64,000 nt of DNA, from contig CM120640.1 of NCBI GenBank assembly GCA_051362555.1, forward strand, positions 34,863,967-34,927,966. Reading direction: 5' to 3'. The DNA comes from Lingula anatina (Eukaryota > Animalia > Brachiopoda). Positions 46,291 to 60,759 of this stretch are shown piece after piece (within the stretch, counting starts at the first letter, position 1; the number at the start of each line of letters is the position of its first letter). A model generated the notes under the pieces. That model had not been told where the DNA came from. It saw nothing but the letters and a program-made list of their open reading frames with translations, and did no database searches. The position numbers and the translations under genes are program-made.

Positions 46291-49200
46291 AGTAGAGTAG
46301 AGAGTCTGACATGATTTTGGTATGCATAATGTTTTCAATTATTTTGTCTTATTCTATAGTGCATATGGTTAGATTTTTGTACACAGACATGTCAGTATTG
46401 CAGACTCAAGGGCCTGCTTAAATCTAGATATTACAGGCCTGTCAATATTTTCAGAGACATGTAATAAATCCATGGTAATTGGGGCAGCATATAGGAATTT
46501 TAATTGCTGTCCTTTGCCAAAAATTTAATTGATCAACTATTGTATTAAATTTAGGTTTTAACATTCAGGAAGCATACTGATGGCTAAATGATTACACATA
46601 TGCACTTCAGTGGTGTGAGTTTGAAATAATTGCCAGCCCATTTGGAACAACTAGTACCAAAACCTCATTAATTAAAATTTGAGGCCTGATGTAATTTTTT
46701 TGCTTGGTATTGGACGAGCTTCACCAGGATTGTATATTAAAGAGTACATACTTTTCTATGTTTTCAAACCATTTATATTTTTACAAAATTTCTATACCCC
46801 TTAACATGCATTTAGTTCATTAGTTCTTCAAAAAGAGTCTGTCATATTGATTGCTTGAAAAAGGATCAAAGCATTTCCCAAGTTAAAAATGCAATAGTTC
46901 TCATGTTTCTTTACTTAGCATGGGAAAAAATGTCCTGGTTAAATACTTGTCTCTGCTATTCCAACATTGACATTTTTAATCCTTCACTATGTTTTCCCTT
47001 AGTAACTTTATCTAAATATATTTTCTGTGGTTTAGGTAGTAAAAGTGGGTACTCTAAACCTTTGTTTTAAATATCAGTTATTGCCATTTGATACAGTTCC
47101 AAGGCGATTTGCACATAATCTTTGTTTTCAGCCTGTGTTTAAACTTAAAGTTCAAACTCCATAAATGAATATTGTGTGACTGAGGAATGAGAGGCTCATA
47201 ATTACACCTTAAACATTTGAGTTTGTAATTTAGATTTGTTACATAAAGCAACACATAATGAGTAAGTACGTTGTGTGCACAAGATGTGTACTCTGGCACA
47301 AGTCAAAGTAACTGTCTGGAGTAGGAGACCCCTGCTAAGATCCCACCAAGTTGATTTTGTTGCTATTTGGCCGTCAATTGATTTAGGTGATAAGTGCATG
47401 CTCAATCATTTTTTCAAGGTCAAATCACTCCTTCCCTTTGGGTGTACTGACTGTTTCTTTATCTAAGTATTTGTCATTGTTAGTTGTAGAGTTTTGACCT
47501 GAAAAAAATCATGATAGTGGCAGTGAAATGGCACATTACTTTTGCAGACCAGTAACATAACCCTGAAAGGTGTTTAAAGTGAGAGCTTTCAGATAAAGTC
47601 TGAAAATAAATCAATAAATTGTTGGTATATATGAAAACCCACTGTGGAATTGTTACCTGTATACAGTATTAAGTCTCCATAAGTATTATATTTATGGGTA
47701 AGCATTGAATGCCCATAATTGGATTAACTATATGCTGGTAGTGGTGTAAATAATTCCAAAAAAAAATCATCGTAGCCATGTCATACTGCCTGTAGGTCAT
47801 TATATGTTTACGCTTATGTCTCTCATCTCTCTGTGCTGTGAGATTTAACACCATTTTTTGCAACAACCAATAATGCTGTCTGCTTCTTAATTAAAATTAA
47901 TACCTACATCAGACAGATCAATCAGACAATGAATGTTGTTGGAAGTGTGCTGCATCGAGTAGTTATTGCAAGTGTCACTGGAATTGATAGATTAATGTCT
48001 TTCATCCTATGTGTTTTTTAGAACATCCAAGTGTGATGCTGGTATTTTCATGCCATATTCTTTTTTCTGCCATCCTTAGATCTAAGGTGCCTTGGGTACT
48101 TACCTCTTTTATATTTGACCACTCAGTGTCATGGGGTCTTGAACATGTTGCATGTTGCTGTAAGGGCAGTTTGATATACATGAATATGGATTTCAGGATT
48201 TTTGCATTTATGGGTAGTGTTTCCTTTTAAGTGAAATATTTAAATAAACTTGCTTTTTTTTTTTTTTAATGAATTAGTTAACATGTTTTTTTTTTTTATG
48301 AGTAGCTGTATAAAAGTGGTACAGGTTAAAAGAAAGGAAAGAAGACAATTTGGGTACTCTTGGTGAACATATTTTCATTTATTAGTGTACTTATAGGACC
48401 ATGGAACTATTTAAAGGGTTTTAAGGATGTCCATTGAGTGTTATATTTTGGTAAGGTTTATGATTTGGCTTACCTCAATCAGGACAAAGTTATCCCCATA
48501 AATAACAAAGCTGCAAAACAACATGTAAACAAGCACTTGGAAACAAATTGCAAATCATTGTGGTAGAGGTGGTTGTGTCAGGTTGTGACTTTCAGTACAA
48601 CAACAGCAATTGATTGTTTTTCTGCTTGTTGCTTAAATAGCAAGTGATATATAGGCAATTAAAAGAGTTTAATATTTAAATTCTACTTCAGTGAATTTGT
48701 TTATGCAGTAAACAATGCTTTATGGATTTTTGTTAAAAATTCAAATGTTTGATATTTCAGAGTGGATCTCTTAACAAAGCTTGTTTATGATAGAAGTCAT
48801 CAATTATGAATTATGAGTAGCAGTTTCCTACTGACAGAAATCTTATTTCTGATGGATTAGGGCACTTTTGATATGCAATCACTCATTTTTGTGAAACTTA
48901 AGTAATTTGAAATCTTTGCCACTAGTTGCCTTATAAGTATACTACAGCATGAAATTCAGAAGCACATGATCAGCTAAAGATGGTTCTAAGTCCATCACCA
49001 TGGTTTTGTCAAACAAACTGCAGCATGGATAATAATGTCCACTAGCTTTGACTTCAAAACATCCAAACACCATGCTGTGGAGTCTAAATACAGCATTATT
49101 TACTTTGATTGACACACTTTATCAAGGAAAATTTAATAACAAGCCCAAATGATAAAGCTGACAGTACCAAATAAAGGTCAAGGGATTTGTCTGGTAAGTG

Positions 49201-51392
49201 TTCGTTATTAACCAGAATGCTTGCAAGTAAAATTAGGTATTGTGAGGCTTGTTGTAGGATAAAGAGGGGCATTGAGATAGTAACCCTGAAATTTACCTGC
49301 TAGAATTTAAGCTTTGGCTATTAAAACCTGTGACATAGAGATTGACTGTCAGTACTTTACACAGTACAAAGGAGGGACTGCGTTTTAAAAGAAATCTTAA
49401 TTAACATAATTTTATTCAACTTTTTCAGAGATACCAGTAAACCAACTTCCATTTATCACTTGAAGTAGATACTGAGGAATTTCATTTGAAATTTTCTGGA
49501 AGATTTAATATTTTTCTGTAACATTGAGTGAAAACAAAGATAATCCTGAGACTAAAGATGATGGGCAGTGCAGCAACTGTAAACATGAGTGATGTAGTGT
49601 ACTGGATTTTTGCATGCTTGATACCCCTTTAAAATCCTGGAATGATATGCCAGATATCATTATAGATTTTTACTACTTTTTCTCTGCTTCTGTTTAACAG
49701 TCTTAGTTTGATGAAAATCCATGCAAGAGCTTTTAAATTATTAATAAATGGTCCAGTGCTTATTGATCTTTGCAAAAAAATGTTTGAAACAGAGTTGCTG
49801 GGGGCATGTTTAAACAATATTTTCTCAGCATTACAACTGTTAATGGAAAATGGATTGGTTTTTATTTGTAAATAGTGCCCACTTAAGCCTTTGAATTTTT
49901 ACAAAGTGGATCTATATGAATTTACTAGTGTATATACAGAAATAGGCATACCAGTAATCTGGGATCACTTTGCCTTTTTCAGATTCAGATTTACTTGTAT
50001 TTATGAAGGGCTATTGTACTTACCAAATACGTGGAAATTTGAAATAGTTTTAATGTATTTTTATTTCTTCATAACCCTAACAACAATTTTCATGTGTAAA
50101 TATTATTGGATCAACATACCAGCCTTAAATATTATGCCTGATAAAACATTTAACCCCATTTGTTGTATAACAAATGCATAACACACACAAGGTAGCATGG
50201 CCTGTCAACTGATCAACCTTTGTACAATTCATGCCCAGCATTTTGGCCTAATGGGCTATGGATGTGGGATATTTTAGAGCTCTATGAAAATGGGATTATT
50301 GAAAATGATTCTGGCAGTTTACATTGAGTAAACTGTTTTGGGGTAGCATGAATAGGGTAGCCTCAATGGTAGTGTATAGTGTCAGTGAGATTGATTTGTT
50401 ATCCAAGGAGACCTTTGTCAGTTAGGATACCTTTCGGGTAATGAAAACTGAGACCACTCTGATGTATGTTTGTTTTGGTTTTTGATTTTTATACATGTAT
50501 ATAAAAGGAGGGGGAGTCTCATTTCTTTGCAGTGACCTGATCTCTTGGTTAACAGTATATTGGCAGCTTTATTTCATCGTCACAATTTAAAGAGCAAACA
50601 ACCTTGGTCACTGGTACGGCTGCATATTTTATCATCAAACTGCTATCTGTGAGATATTTTTCTGTGTAAATGAATTCTCATTACGCCAAGATTAAGGCTA
50701 TCACATGGGTGATGCATAAGAAGACTGCTTATTTGAAGAGTGTTTGACTAAGGATCATGTTGTGGTATCAAGCCCTATGAGTGGTGGCAAATCCATATAT
50801 ATCTGGGATTATTAATCTGGAACTCAAAAGGAGAGGAAACTAATCTGAATGTCGAGGAAGTTTTTTGATAGCTTCTGGAATGGTAACTATAGGATCAGAG
50901 AACTTTCCAAATGTTATGAAATATTGAAAGTGTCATTTTGCAGAATAGCCGCTAATTTGCAATCACACAATATCCTTGGAATCTTGAATTGGATTGATTT
51001 TATATTCCAGCCATAAAGTGCTTTATTCAAGTGCTTGACATTTAGGATTTGACAGCATGTGTGCTGGTACTCCAGTAGACCTTAAACAATATGGTGTGTC
51101 ATGCTTATGAATGAGTGAACAGACTTGAGGGGAAATTGCCCAATTTGATATAAGAAATGAGTTCAATTTGAAGCAAACTTGGCATCTTAATTTCACCATG
51201 ATTAAAATTGGATTTTCACTGTGTGATACATTAATTTTTTTTTCTAACGTCTGAGCTGGTAGGAAGATATATGTGGCTGAGTAAACGCTACACGTGTTAC
51301 ACTCGATAATTGCCAACTTCAGGTTCCAAACAGACTTTGGATCTCTGCTTCAAAGGAATGTGTATAGTAGTACAGGGTGAGACCAATGAAAA

Positions 51393-51631
51393 ATGAATCC
51401 AGGTCGAATCCGTGGAAACCGACAACTGCAAGAAATTAAAGAAGTTGAAGGAGGCAACAATTTCTTTTTTACCCGCAAGTATTCAAATACAGGGGTTCAT
51501 GTTAAAATGATACATCGTATAGAGCCTCCCAAGACTATACCTTGTATAACTCAAATGATCCGACAACTTACAAAGAAGTATGAGCAGTTGGAGGCTTTAA
51601 AGAGGACACAAACAAAAGAAAACATACAATG
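51393..51631 (+). CDS. Candidate alternative first coding exon (79 codons + 2 nt)
   Basis: MNPGRIRGNRQLQEIKEVEGG..KRTQTKENIQ, TG|GTATGT, phase 2. Confidence 0.55.
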
Positions 51632-54142
51632 GTATGTATGTGCATTTGATTTTTTTCTGAAAACTGTAAAAAGTAAGTACAAGTACTAGTGAACAGTGTG
51701 TGGGAATTTGTCTTGCTTGTGCATTTGTATTTGCACCGTGTTTTTAATTTAGGTAATTTATCTGACTTTACATCATGTGTCATTAAGCCTCAGGTTGATA
51801 TTTTCTTCAGCGTTATTTGTAGAAATCTGTTGACTCTGTTATGATTGATAGGCATTGGTGACATGAACTCACAAATAAATGCCTTCTTTTCAGGTTAATC
51901 ACAGCTACACCTATTTTATTACAATTTTTTGAAAGAAATTTTATCCTTTCTGCATAAGTAAACAGGAAAAAAAAACTATTTCAAGAAGGAATTTGTGAAT
52001 CTAGATAAGAGAGTTTTTAAGTTATCAGTTTCAAAGGATGTTACTCCAGGAATAAAGCATGAATAAATGACAAACTAACAATGATGAAAAAAAAAAACAT
52101 GGACTTGCATTCTTTTCAGCCTTCTTTGCACCTGAAGCAAAACAAGACTCACGAAAAAGAATAATGTTGACACTTGTTCTTTGCTAGGTGAAGTGTTTCT
52201 GCTTAATAATACTCCTTAAATATGACCATTTCTTATGACAGATAAATATTACCTTTTGGTTCATTTATCAAAATAATTGAGAAATTTATGTATTTCCCAG
52301 AAATGTTATCCAAATGCTTCAATAGGGAAACAAAGAGCACAGTTAGTATCTCATTACAAGTCTTGCATAAATTATATAAATGTCATTCATACCATTTAGA
52401 ATGCAGGTAATGCAATTCAAAGCAATCAATTACAGTTGTCACTGACTAATGAAAAGCCATTAATTCTTGATGATAATGTCAAATGGAAGATGGGGAACTA
52501 GTTAAGTGTGATAGATAGGTAGGCTGATCCAATGTATTTCTTAATGACATCATTAGTCCTTTTGTTTTGAAAGGGGTTTGTGAGAGGGTATTAAAAGTTC
52601 TGGATTATTCTGAGGTGTGGTCCGTTTTAGCATTGTTTGAAGAGTACACTTTGTTGATATTGTTGACAGCTTAGAGTACCATTGCAGCATTGAAATTAGA
52701 CAAAGACAGATATAGGCATCACCTTGTAATAAAGGCACAAAAAATGAGCTAAATCAGAAGTTATTATGAAAGATAATAACTGGTTTGCATGATACTTAAT
52801 CTGAATGGGACTTTTTTGAACAAACAGAATTTGGAAAAATTAAGAGAGAGAATGATATGGAAGTGGATCTCGACTTTTGATAGATTTAATGAGCATTAAC
52901 AGAAAATAATGGGGAAAGTTTGAAAAGTATATTTTATGCCCAATATTTGTCCCTTGCCTTTAACTGGATGGTCAATATTCCATGGAAATTTTCCTCAGGG
53001 AAATAAAATTATCAGTAAAACAGTATATATAGGTTTATTTCCATAATTGTCAAACTACCTGTGGTACCTGGCTCAGGTGAATTTTCCCACCTTAAAGCAA
53101 GTACAATGTAAAAACTACCAGTGTAGGTCTAATGTGCCGCACAATGGCATGTTTGTTTGGGGAAAAAAAGCAACCTTCCTTAGACTGACCTTACTTTTGT
53201 AGGGGAGTATTCTTGACTATTGTTAACAAGTTCAATACACTTAACCAGATTAAAATGGTTTTAAGTTTACCTCATTGCCAGTGTCTAGAACTGTTTGTTG
53301 ACCAACAATCAAAGACTGCCGGGGCGTAGTTCATACCTCTCGGTGTAGTCAAGGAAATAGAGATTGGGTTAAGTAAGGCAAAGTAGACTTTGCCAAATTT
53401 TCAATCATAACTTGTGGCCATGATGAAGTGACTGTGCAGTATGTATTTTGTTTGTTATATGAGGAATCAAGCTATTGAATGAATTTGCAAGAATTATCTA
53501 AATGCTGTTCTTGTTTTGATATAACAGTATTGTAAAGCAGGTTACGACAGGGTTACGGCGCCACTGAAATAATTCATTCACTCTTTAGATGGGTATTCAG
53601 CTTAGTGTTATTCTTCATGCTACACTTAATTTTGAGCACAAATAAGCAGCAAAGGGCACGAGATAAACAGAAAATAGACTGTTGTAGTTGTCAAAGAAGC
53701 AGACTTTTTCATACATTCCAAAACACCTGAGAGAGCCAATTTCCTGACGTTGGGTGCATGATTTCAAGATAATGAGATGCTGTTTTGAGCCATACCCAGT
53801 ACTGCAGTTTATAGATGGAGCTGATTGTATTGCTGTTCAGAACAGTTGTATATTCTTTGGGTAACTGTGACTGGACAAAATAATATTGCAGTCTGGTCCA
53901 GGTTGATTTAACAAGTCAGCTTTTGTCACCAAATTAGTACTGGCCAGTTGGAGTTTGTCATCCATTTCGTTGCTAATAGGTCTCGTTCAGAACTGAAAAG
54001 GAGAGAATTAACACACTTCACAAGTTAGGAAACTCACCAGGATGCCTGCAAGGCTGGGGATGTTTATAGATTTGTTATAGACAGAATATAGAAGAAGAGT
54101 GCCAAGGACTTATGCCAAAATGCAGAAAAATTCCTTTTAAGC

Positions 54143-54291
54143 ATGCTTATGGATAGGGATATTGGAGAGGAGGACATATCCAGTAAGAGTGGGGCGCTAC
54201 CCTCGGTGAGTGTCTACTCTAAGAAAATGGTGCGACTCAAGATGATACATGGACATATTCTTAAGCCTAGATCACCTCTTCCTCAGCTAAG
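54143..54291 (+). CDS. Candidate alternative first coding exon (49 codons + 2 nt)
   Basis: MLMDRDIGEEDISSKSGALPSVSVYSKKMVRLKMIHGHILKPRSPLPQL, AG|GTATGT, phase 2. Confidence 0.55.
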
Positions 54292-56064
54292 GTATGTAAT
54301 ATTTAATGACTTTTTGTCACATTATAGTATATGTCGTTGAGGTATTTTATGTTTAGCCACTGCAGGATAAACGTTTATACAAATTTTCTGGGCGTGTCTA
54401 GTTTTAGTTATTGCCACTAGTATCATGGAAGTTATTATAAGGATAGGTGATCTCACTCAAGGAATTAAAATAATATCATATTCTTGACTGTTGTGACATA
54501 TGATCAGTTGAAGTCTACTGTGGCAACTGAGGAATATTGGAGAATGTTTGTTGTTAGAGATAAATAATGTTGCATTATTAGAGATAAAAAATATTGGATT
54601 ATTGTCATTTTATTTATTTATTTATTTATTTATTTATTTGTTCAGTCATTTGATTAGTTTAACCTATATTTATTTGTCTATTTATATTTTAAGATTTTTT
54701 TTTTTTTTTGAATACTTCATTAATTAATTTATTATGCATTAACTCCCCAAAAAGAGATGTTAAGATTGAGGACAAATGCATTGCTAAGTTAAATGTTTCC
54801 ACATTGATTGTTTGTCTCACCTAACACACTCAGGTTGACGTGAATTATATTTGACACTTACTATAATGTTTGTTTTTATTCGTCATGGATTGTTAGATAA
54901 TTGATAGTTCCAAAGTATAAATTTATATGTTTCATTTCGTGACAATGCAGACTTCCATTTATTTGAAAATGTGTCATTTTTGTGTGTCTTGTAAGGGAAT
55001 GCTGACATTAATTGGGTGTAATAGTATGTAGATTATTTCAACAGTTAGATCTATACATGCAATACTAAATTATTTAATGTTTGCATTAATGGAGATGTAC
55101 AAGTAGACGTTACATCCACTCTAGTTGTATTCATTATTGGGAATCTGATAATGATTAATTAACCAACCCCATGTTATAAAAACCTATTGTTGTAAGGTAT
55201 CCATAGCATTATTGAGCCTATAAGCAAATAAAAATGCATCAGGTTCTTGGTGGTTTCATTTTCCTTTATTCATTGTGTATATATATTGATAGGGTTCCTC
55301 GTGCTTGAGTAACTTACCTGTTTTGTTTCTGCTTCTGCTGACAAATAACTGGATATCTACTTACTCCAATCTATATGAAAAATTAATGAGGGAATGTGAA
55401 TGGGGGCCCCCACAGCCTATTGTAAAAACACCAGATCACATGACCTTAGGGTTTGGGATACATTGCTGTACTTAAAACCAACCAGTAACGTGTTGCATGC
55501 TATTGCTTTGAGATCTGATCACCAGTGGTTGGGGTCCAGCGATTAACCTGATAGCAAGATAGATACCTGACAGTGTTGCTTGGTTTCTATCAGTCTGATT
55601 ATAGACTACCAGACATTGTTTGGTATTATATGTCACCCAGGGGGTAAAAAGGAACACTTTAAAGGGGCAAAACAGAATGTTGAGGTCAGACAAGGGAGTA
55701 TTAGATTCACAAAGGAATTGAGCCAACACTTTTGCCCCATTGACATTGATGGATTTGCAAAATGTGAATAGGGTAGAGGTCCTCGTAATTTGAAGAATTG
55801 CATTAGCTTGCAAATGGATTAATGAAGCGATCAGGACAAACAATCTAATATTGACAAGGCAGGGGAGTGCATGCTCTTCACCATTAGATGTCCTTGGAGG
55901 CAAACTGGTTGAAATACTTTCAATGTATACTAATGTTGCAGATCTGAAAAGTAATGGAGGTAAATAGTTAAAAACATTTTAGTGGGAGTGTACCCCATGT
56001 TCAAAGACTCAAACATTTTGAGTGAAGCAGCTCTAGGACTGAAAGTTGGTCAATATATTTGTGG

Positions 56065-56294
56065 ATGTATGACATCGATGGAATTGGACTTCTCAGTCAC
56101 ATACTTGACAACATGTCTTTTCCAGACTATATTACTAAGTTTCGAAATAGAATGGTTCAGATTCGCAGCAAATTCAGGAACACTATTAGCTTCCCAGTGC
56201 CTATGTACCATGGTCCCTCAGGCATACCATCACCAGAGAGACCACCAGAACTTGTTTGTACTTCAGTGTCCTCTGTTGCAGAGGATGGCTTAAA
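56065..56294 (+). CDS. Candidate alternative first coding exon (76 codons + 2 nt)
   Basis: MYDIDGIGLLSHILDNMSFPDYITKFRNR..PSPERPPELVCTSVSSVAEDGL, AA|GTAGGT, phase 2. Confidence 0.55.
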
Positions 56295-58386
56295 GTAGGT
56301 TTAACTTAAATCATGTGTTGAATTGTGGTAAAAATAAGCATTTTTTTTTCGGAAACTATCCTAAATTTGCAGCAATACAAGTTGTGTTTTACTGGCATGG
56401 TAGTTGGTAGAAATTATATATGCCCTAGCATTAGCCAGCTGCGGGAGTTTTAAAAATATTGTATTGTTTTTAGAGCAAGCTTTGATTTTAAAATGCAATA
56501 GAAAAGCAATTTATGTATTTTCCTGTTTGTACAGGACGATGTTAATGTTTTCATAAAAGAAAAATCAAGCATTAAAAAAATCACACCTTTTGACAAGTGC
56601 TGTGAAAATTTACCACATAATTTACTATTCTAAGTCTGTGTACAAGAGCTTGGATTTTAAATTATAAAAACCCTCTAAGACATTTATCACCAATTCACTT
56701 TTAAATTACTTTTTCAGCCATTCAGATTATTCCGGTTGGGTTAAAAAGCTTACCAAGCAGAACTTACATGCCATTCGCACAATAAAATGAATTTGGTGCA
56801 AGGCCCTTAATGGTGTTTTGCTAAATTTTCTTCTTTGAATCAGATAATGTTGTTATAGTAAACAAATCTCACTTAGGACACTTAAGCCTAACTGTCAATA
56901 AAATTTACCAACAGGAGCCCAGGAACAATATTACGTAATAAAGCATTTTCCCAGTCTTGCATGCCTGTCTGTATGTAGATTAAATTAATTACACTGAATT
57001 ACTAGGGATATATTATGAACATTTAAAAATCATGCCATTGAAGACGGATAGTTTATTGCATATTCAGTTTTTAAAAATTAAGATGTCTTTTTTTCATCGT
57101 ATGACAGTTCATATAACTGTCAATTGTTAGTTGGGGTCAATTTTATGCATGACTTTACTATTTTTCTTGGTTGGGGCTTCCAACCAATTTATAAGAGCAA
57201 ATTTAAAAATTGTGTAAACTCATATGTTTTTAGAAGACTGTACAATAACCTCTATCATTATAACACAATGATGAAGTTCTGGTACTTTTTGTATATGGTC
57301 ACTGAATTTTTTTGCAGATGAAATTGCACAGGTAGTGAAAGTGCTTGAAGTTGTTTTTGCAGGAATGTATGAGTTTGTTACACATGGAAGTGAGGATACA
57401 TACACTTATTGAAGATAAACATTTGCTATTGATTAAATGCATTAAATATGCCACCGAGGTTATCACTGTGTATATTGATTATGTCTTCACCACTTTTCTT
57501 TTGTGATAGGTATCAAGGCAAAATATTATTTTTCAATCAGCCTCTGTATCCTTGTCAGAATCAGAACGTAATGTTGATACAGATTTTAGAATGGCACACC
57601 AAATAAAAAGTATTTCAAAGTATCTTTTCTTCCCCCAGGGATTTCCTTAAGATGAAACAAGACATTGCTTTACAGAACAATTTGTTATTTATTTCTTTTT
57701 AGTATGCTTTTATCTGTAGCCTTCACCTGACCTGTTCAAATAGAAGGAAGGAAATTCAGGAAGCTTCTTAAGTACTCCGACAAATATGTAGAATTCTTAA
57801 AGTTTATAAACATCTTTTCTGACAGTGTGTGCTCATGGATGAAGATTATGCAAACTAATTGATTTTTGTGAAGTTTGCTTTTACTGCAGAGAGTATATTA
57901 TTTTAATAGCCATTAATGGTGTCAAAAGTAATTCAAAAGGGACTGACATTTGCAAAATCGGAGAATTCATTCTGCCACTTTTCACCATTGTTTAAGTTCA
58001 AAGTTTATGTGATATACCCAACAGCAGTCATTGTTATTGAATCCCAATGAAGTATTGGAAAACAAGCAACCTGGTGGGATATAGGGTGACACTTTTCTAT
58101 TGTGAATGCTATGTGGCAGTGAACCTTTTGCCATACCGTGTTAAGTTATAGATGCTGTTGAGTACATATATTTCAGCAACGAGGGATAAAAAGGGAGATT
58201 TGGAGTGACAAAGAGAAAAAAAATCATCTAGAAACTGCTTTCAGTGTAACATGAAAGGGAATACAGTGCATATTTGTCAAAGATCCTCTGGTCATGATCA
58301 TGGAAATCTGTAGGCATGTGGCATATGATCTCTGCAATCAGTATTTTAGTGAGTGTTAAAAGTGGTCTGTTGTACATCTGTACAAT

Positions 58387-58502
58387 ATGGCAAGGAAGAA
58401 TGGAAATTTGCACAGAGGAGCTTCATTCAGAGAACATTTCATCAAACCACATGTTATACGGCTTATGAAATTTTCATATAACTACTGGCCCATGATGAAA
58501 TA
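58387..58502 (+). CDS. Candidate alternative first coding exon (38 codons + 2 nt)
   Basis: MARKNGNLHRGASFREHFIKPHVIRLMKFSYNYWPMMK, TA|GTAAGT, phase 2. Confidence 0.45.
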
Positions 58503-60598
58503 GTAAGTTTGTATGCTGTGAATTAAATATATATCATGTTTACTGCAATGTTCACTTATGTTTTAATATGCCATATTTTTGTTTGTTTTTATAAGTTCTC
58601 ATTATACAGTACATGTTCTAATAGACGTTAAGTATAGTAGAATTAAAGTGTATGTAAATTGGTTATGATAACATCATGTAATCACACTTAACCTTTCATT
58701 TACAGTTGAAGATTTACTTAAACAGTTCATTTTAGTCAGCTGTCCATTTGAAATGGAGTACAATTGTGAAGTTAAATTTAAGATACCAGGGATATTGTTA
58801 CTGACTGAATGTTACTGATAGAGCAATAGTCAATTTAACCCTTGACGCATACAGTAAGATTTACTCCCAAACATGTCACTCTGAATTATGAGACTTACAT
58901 ATAACCATGCTCATTTTGCCTTTTTTTTTCTTTTTTATTATTATTATTATTTTATTTTTTAGAATATTTGTCCTTAAATTATTCTGTTATTTTCATGGAA
59001 AAATGAGTACCTTGATACATATTTAAATTTTTCTTATACACGTATCCTTTTTAATTTTTGAAAGGTAGGAGTCAAAAATGGTGATGAGAACTGATCTTCA
59101 GAAATAAACGAAGGTATCAAATATGAAAGTCGAACAAAAATATTTGGTCTTCATACAATTTTTTCTACATTTTTGTTAACTTAGTTTATCTTCCAACAAA
59201 CTATTTATTTTGTTATAGTTGTAATTTCTAATAGTTTCTTTGTATTACTGGTTTGTTGATTTGCTATATATTAGTTACTCTCAGTCATGGGCATTTTGAT
59301 TAGTACCTGGAGTCCTGTAAAAGGGAGTAAAACCCCATGCAGCATTATTACATGTTTAGGCCAGTCAAACTGTACTTCTCGATGTGACACAGTTAATGAG
59401 CACAGGATTTCACTATTATTGCATGTTTTGTTAGAAGTCATTATGCTAAAAAGATTATATTTTGTGACTTTTGGCCTAACAGTAAAGTGTTATCTGTAGT
59501 GTTTTTGGATGCTTCGACTGATTTAAGTTTGGAGATTAGAATTTGTCGATAAGATTTGTCAGTGAGACAACTGTGAAAACATGAGGCTGAATAAGGGATT
59601 GTGTGTAATTGCAGTAGTTGAGCTTGTGGTTGTTACTGTTGCTAGGGTGCACAACTGATTCATTTTCAAGACAGTAATGCCCAAGTAATGATAAATGGGA
59701 TAAAGCCCCTTCCCGTACTAGGCAGATAACTTAATCAGCATCTTAAACCTGTTTTTATTTTTCATTAACAAATATAAATGACAAATGTCTCACCATGGGC
59801 AAGCTAAAGAAAGTAGAAAAACTGAAAGTAGACTTCGATTTGAAATGAAAAGCAAATAAAACATTTTTGTTCTTTCATTGATTAACTGCATAGGGTACAC
59901 AATTTATTGACAGTTAGTTCTACACAATTAGTCTGTGTTGATTTTCTTTGCTAGACCATTTAAAGTCAATGACACTTCATGATTAAAATGCCAACACTTA
60001 GTTTTACATTTGATGTTAGCCCTGTGCCATTAACCAAATAGCAAACACATAATAAAAGCACTGAACTTTGTGTAGCATGTTTATTATCAATAAGCCTATT
60101 TGCCTTTGGTGACCATTTCCACATACGGTTTTTAAGTTTAAAAAGTTACTCAATTATTAAGACAGTATGTAAATTGACCTAATCTCAGTTTCAGGAAGTT
60201 TAGCAGTGTTGTTCCAACACAAAGCCCATTAGGCAGACCTTGTTGATAGACTAACATTGTTGTTGATTCTTGTGCTGCGTCATGAACTGAATTTGTAGTT
60301 ATGGAGAAGGTTGGGATAATATAAAAGGCATTTGGCATGCAGTTTTGGCCTTTTCATTACCCCAGCCCTCCCAAATGTAATCAGCTTTGAGAAAGTATTG
60401 ATCAGTTCAGGTGGGGTACAATGCCCCCTTAACAGACCTGTGTTTATAATATGGCATAGTTCATTGATTTAGAAGTTCCTTCATTGAAAATAGGCATATT
60501 GCCTCAGAACAAGAACCAATATCTGCAATTACTTACATTTCTATGTGTGCGATTATGAAGACCTTGAGGATGTAGAAAACTTCAGCTGGTGACTGACC

Positions 60599-60759
60599 AT
60601 GGCAGATTTCCGCTGCTCTTACCGCCTGCCCAGAGTCCAGTTGAATTTAATCAGATCTCAGAGTGTCTATCTTAATAACTTGACCCCTCCGAAGCCTGTC
60701 CCTAAGCTGAAGTATTTCCACCGTGGGAGCACAGTAGCATCCATTGACACCTCACTCAG
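60599..60759 (+). CDS. Candidate alternative first coding exon (53 codons + 2 nt)
   Basis: Kozak-like accATGG; MADFRCSYRLPRVQLNLIRSQSVYLNNLTPPKPVPKLKYFHRGSTVASIDTSL, AG|GTAGGA, phase 2. Confidence 0.55.

Noticed and set aside
49149-49193. ATG..CTG|GTAAGT short exon (MIKLTVPNKGQGICL)
   Set aside because: Strong donor but phase 0 and only 15 codons; it could be a UTR exon or chance, so it was not counted in the phase-2 array
57448-57509. Additional phase-2 ATG-to-donor segment (MPPRLSLCILIMSSPLFFCD)
   Set aside because: Short with a weak donor (GTATCA); compatible with chance
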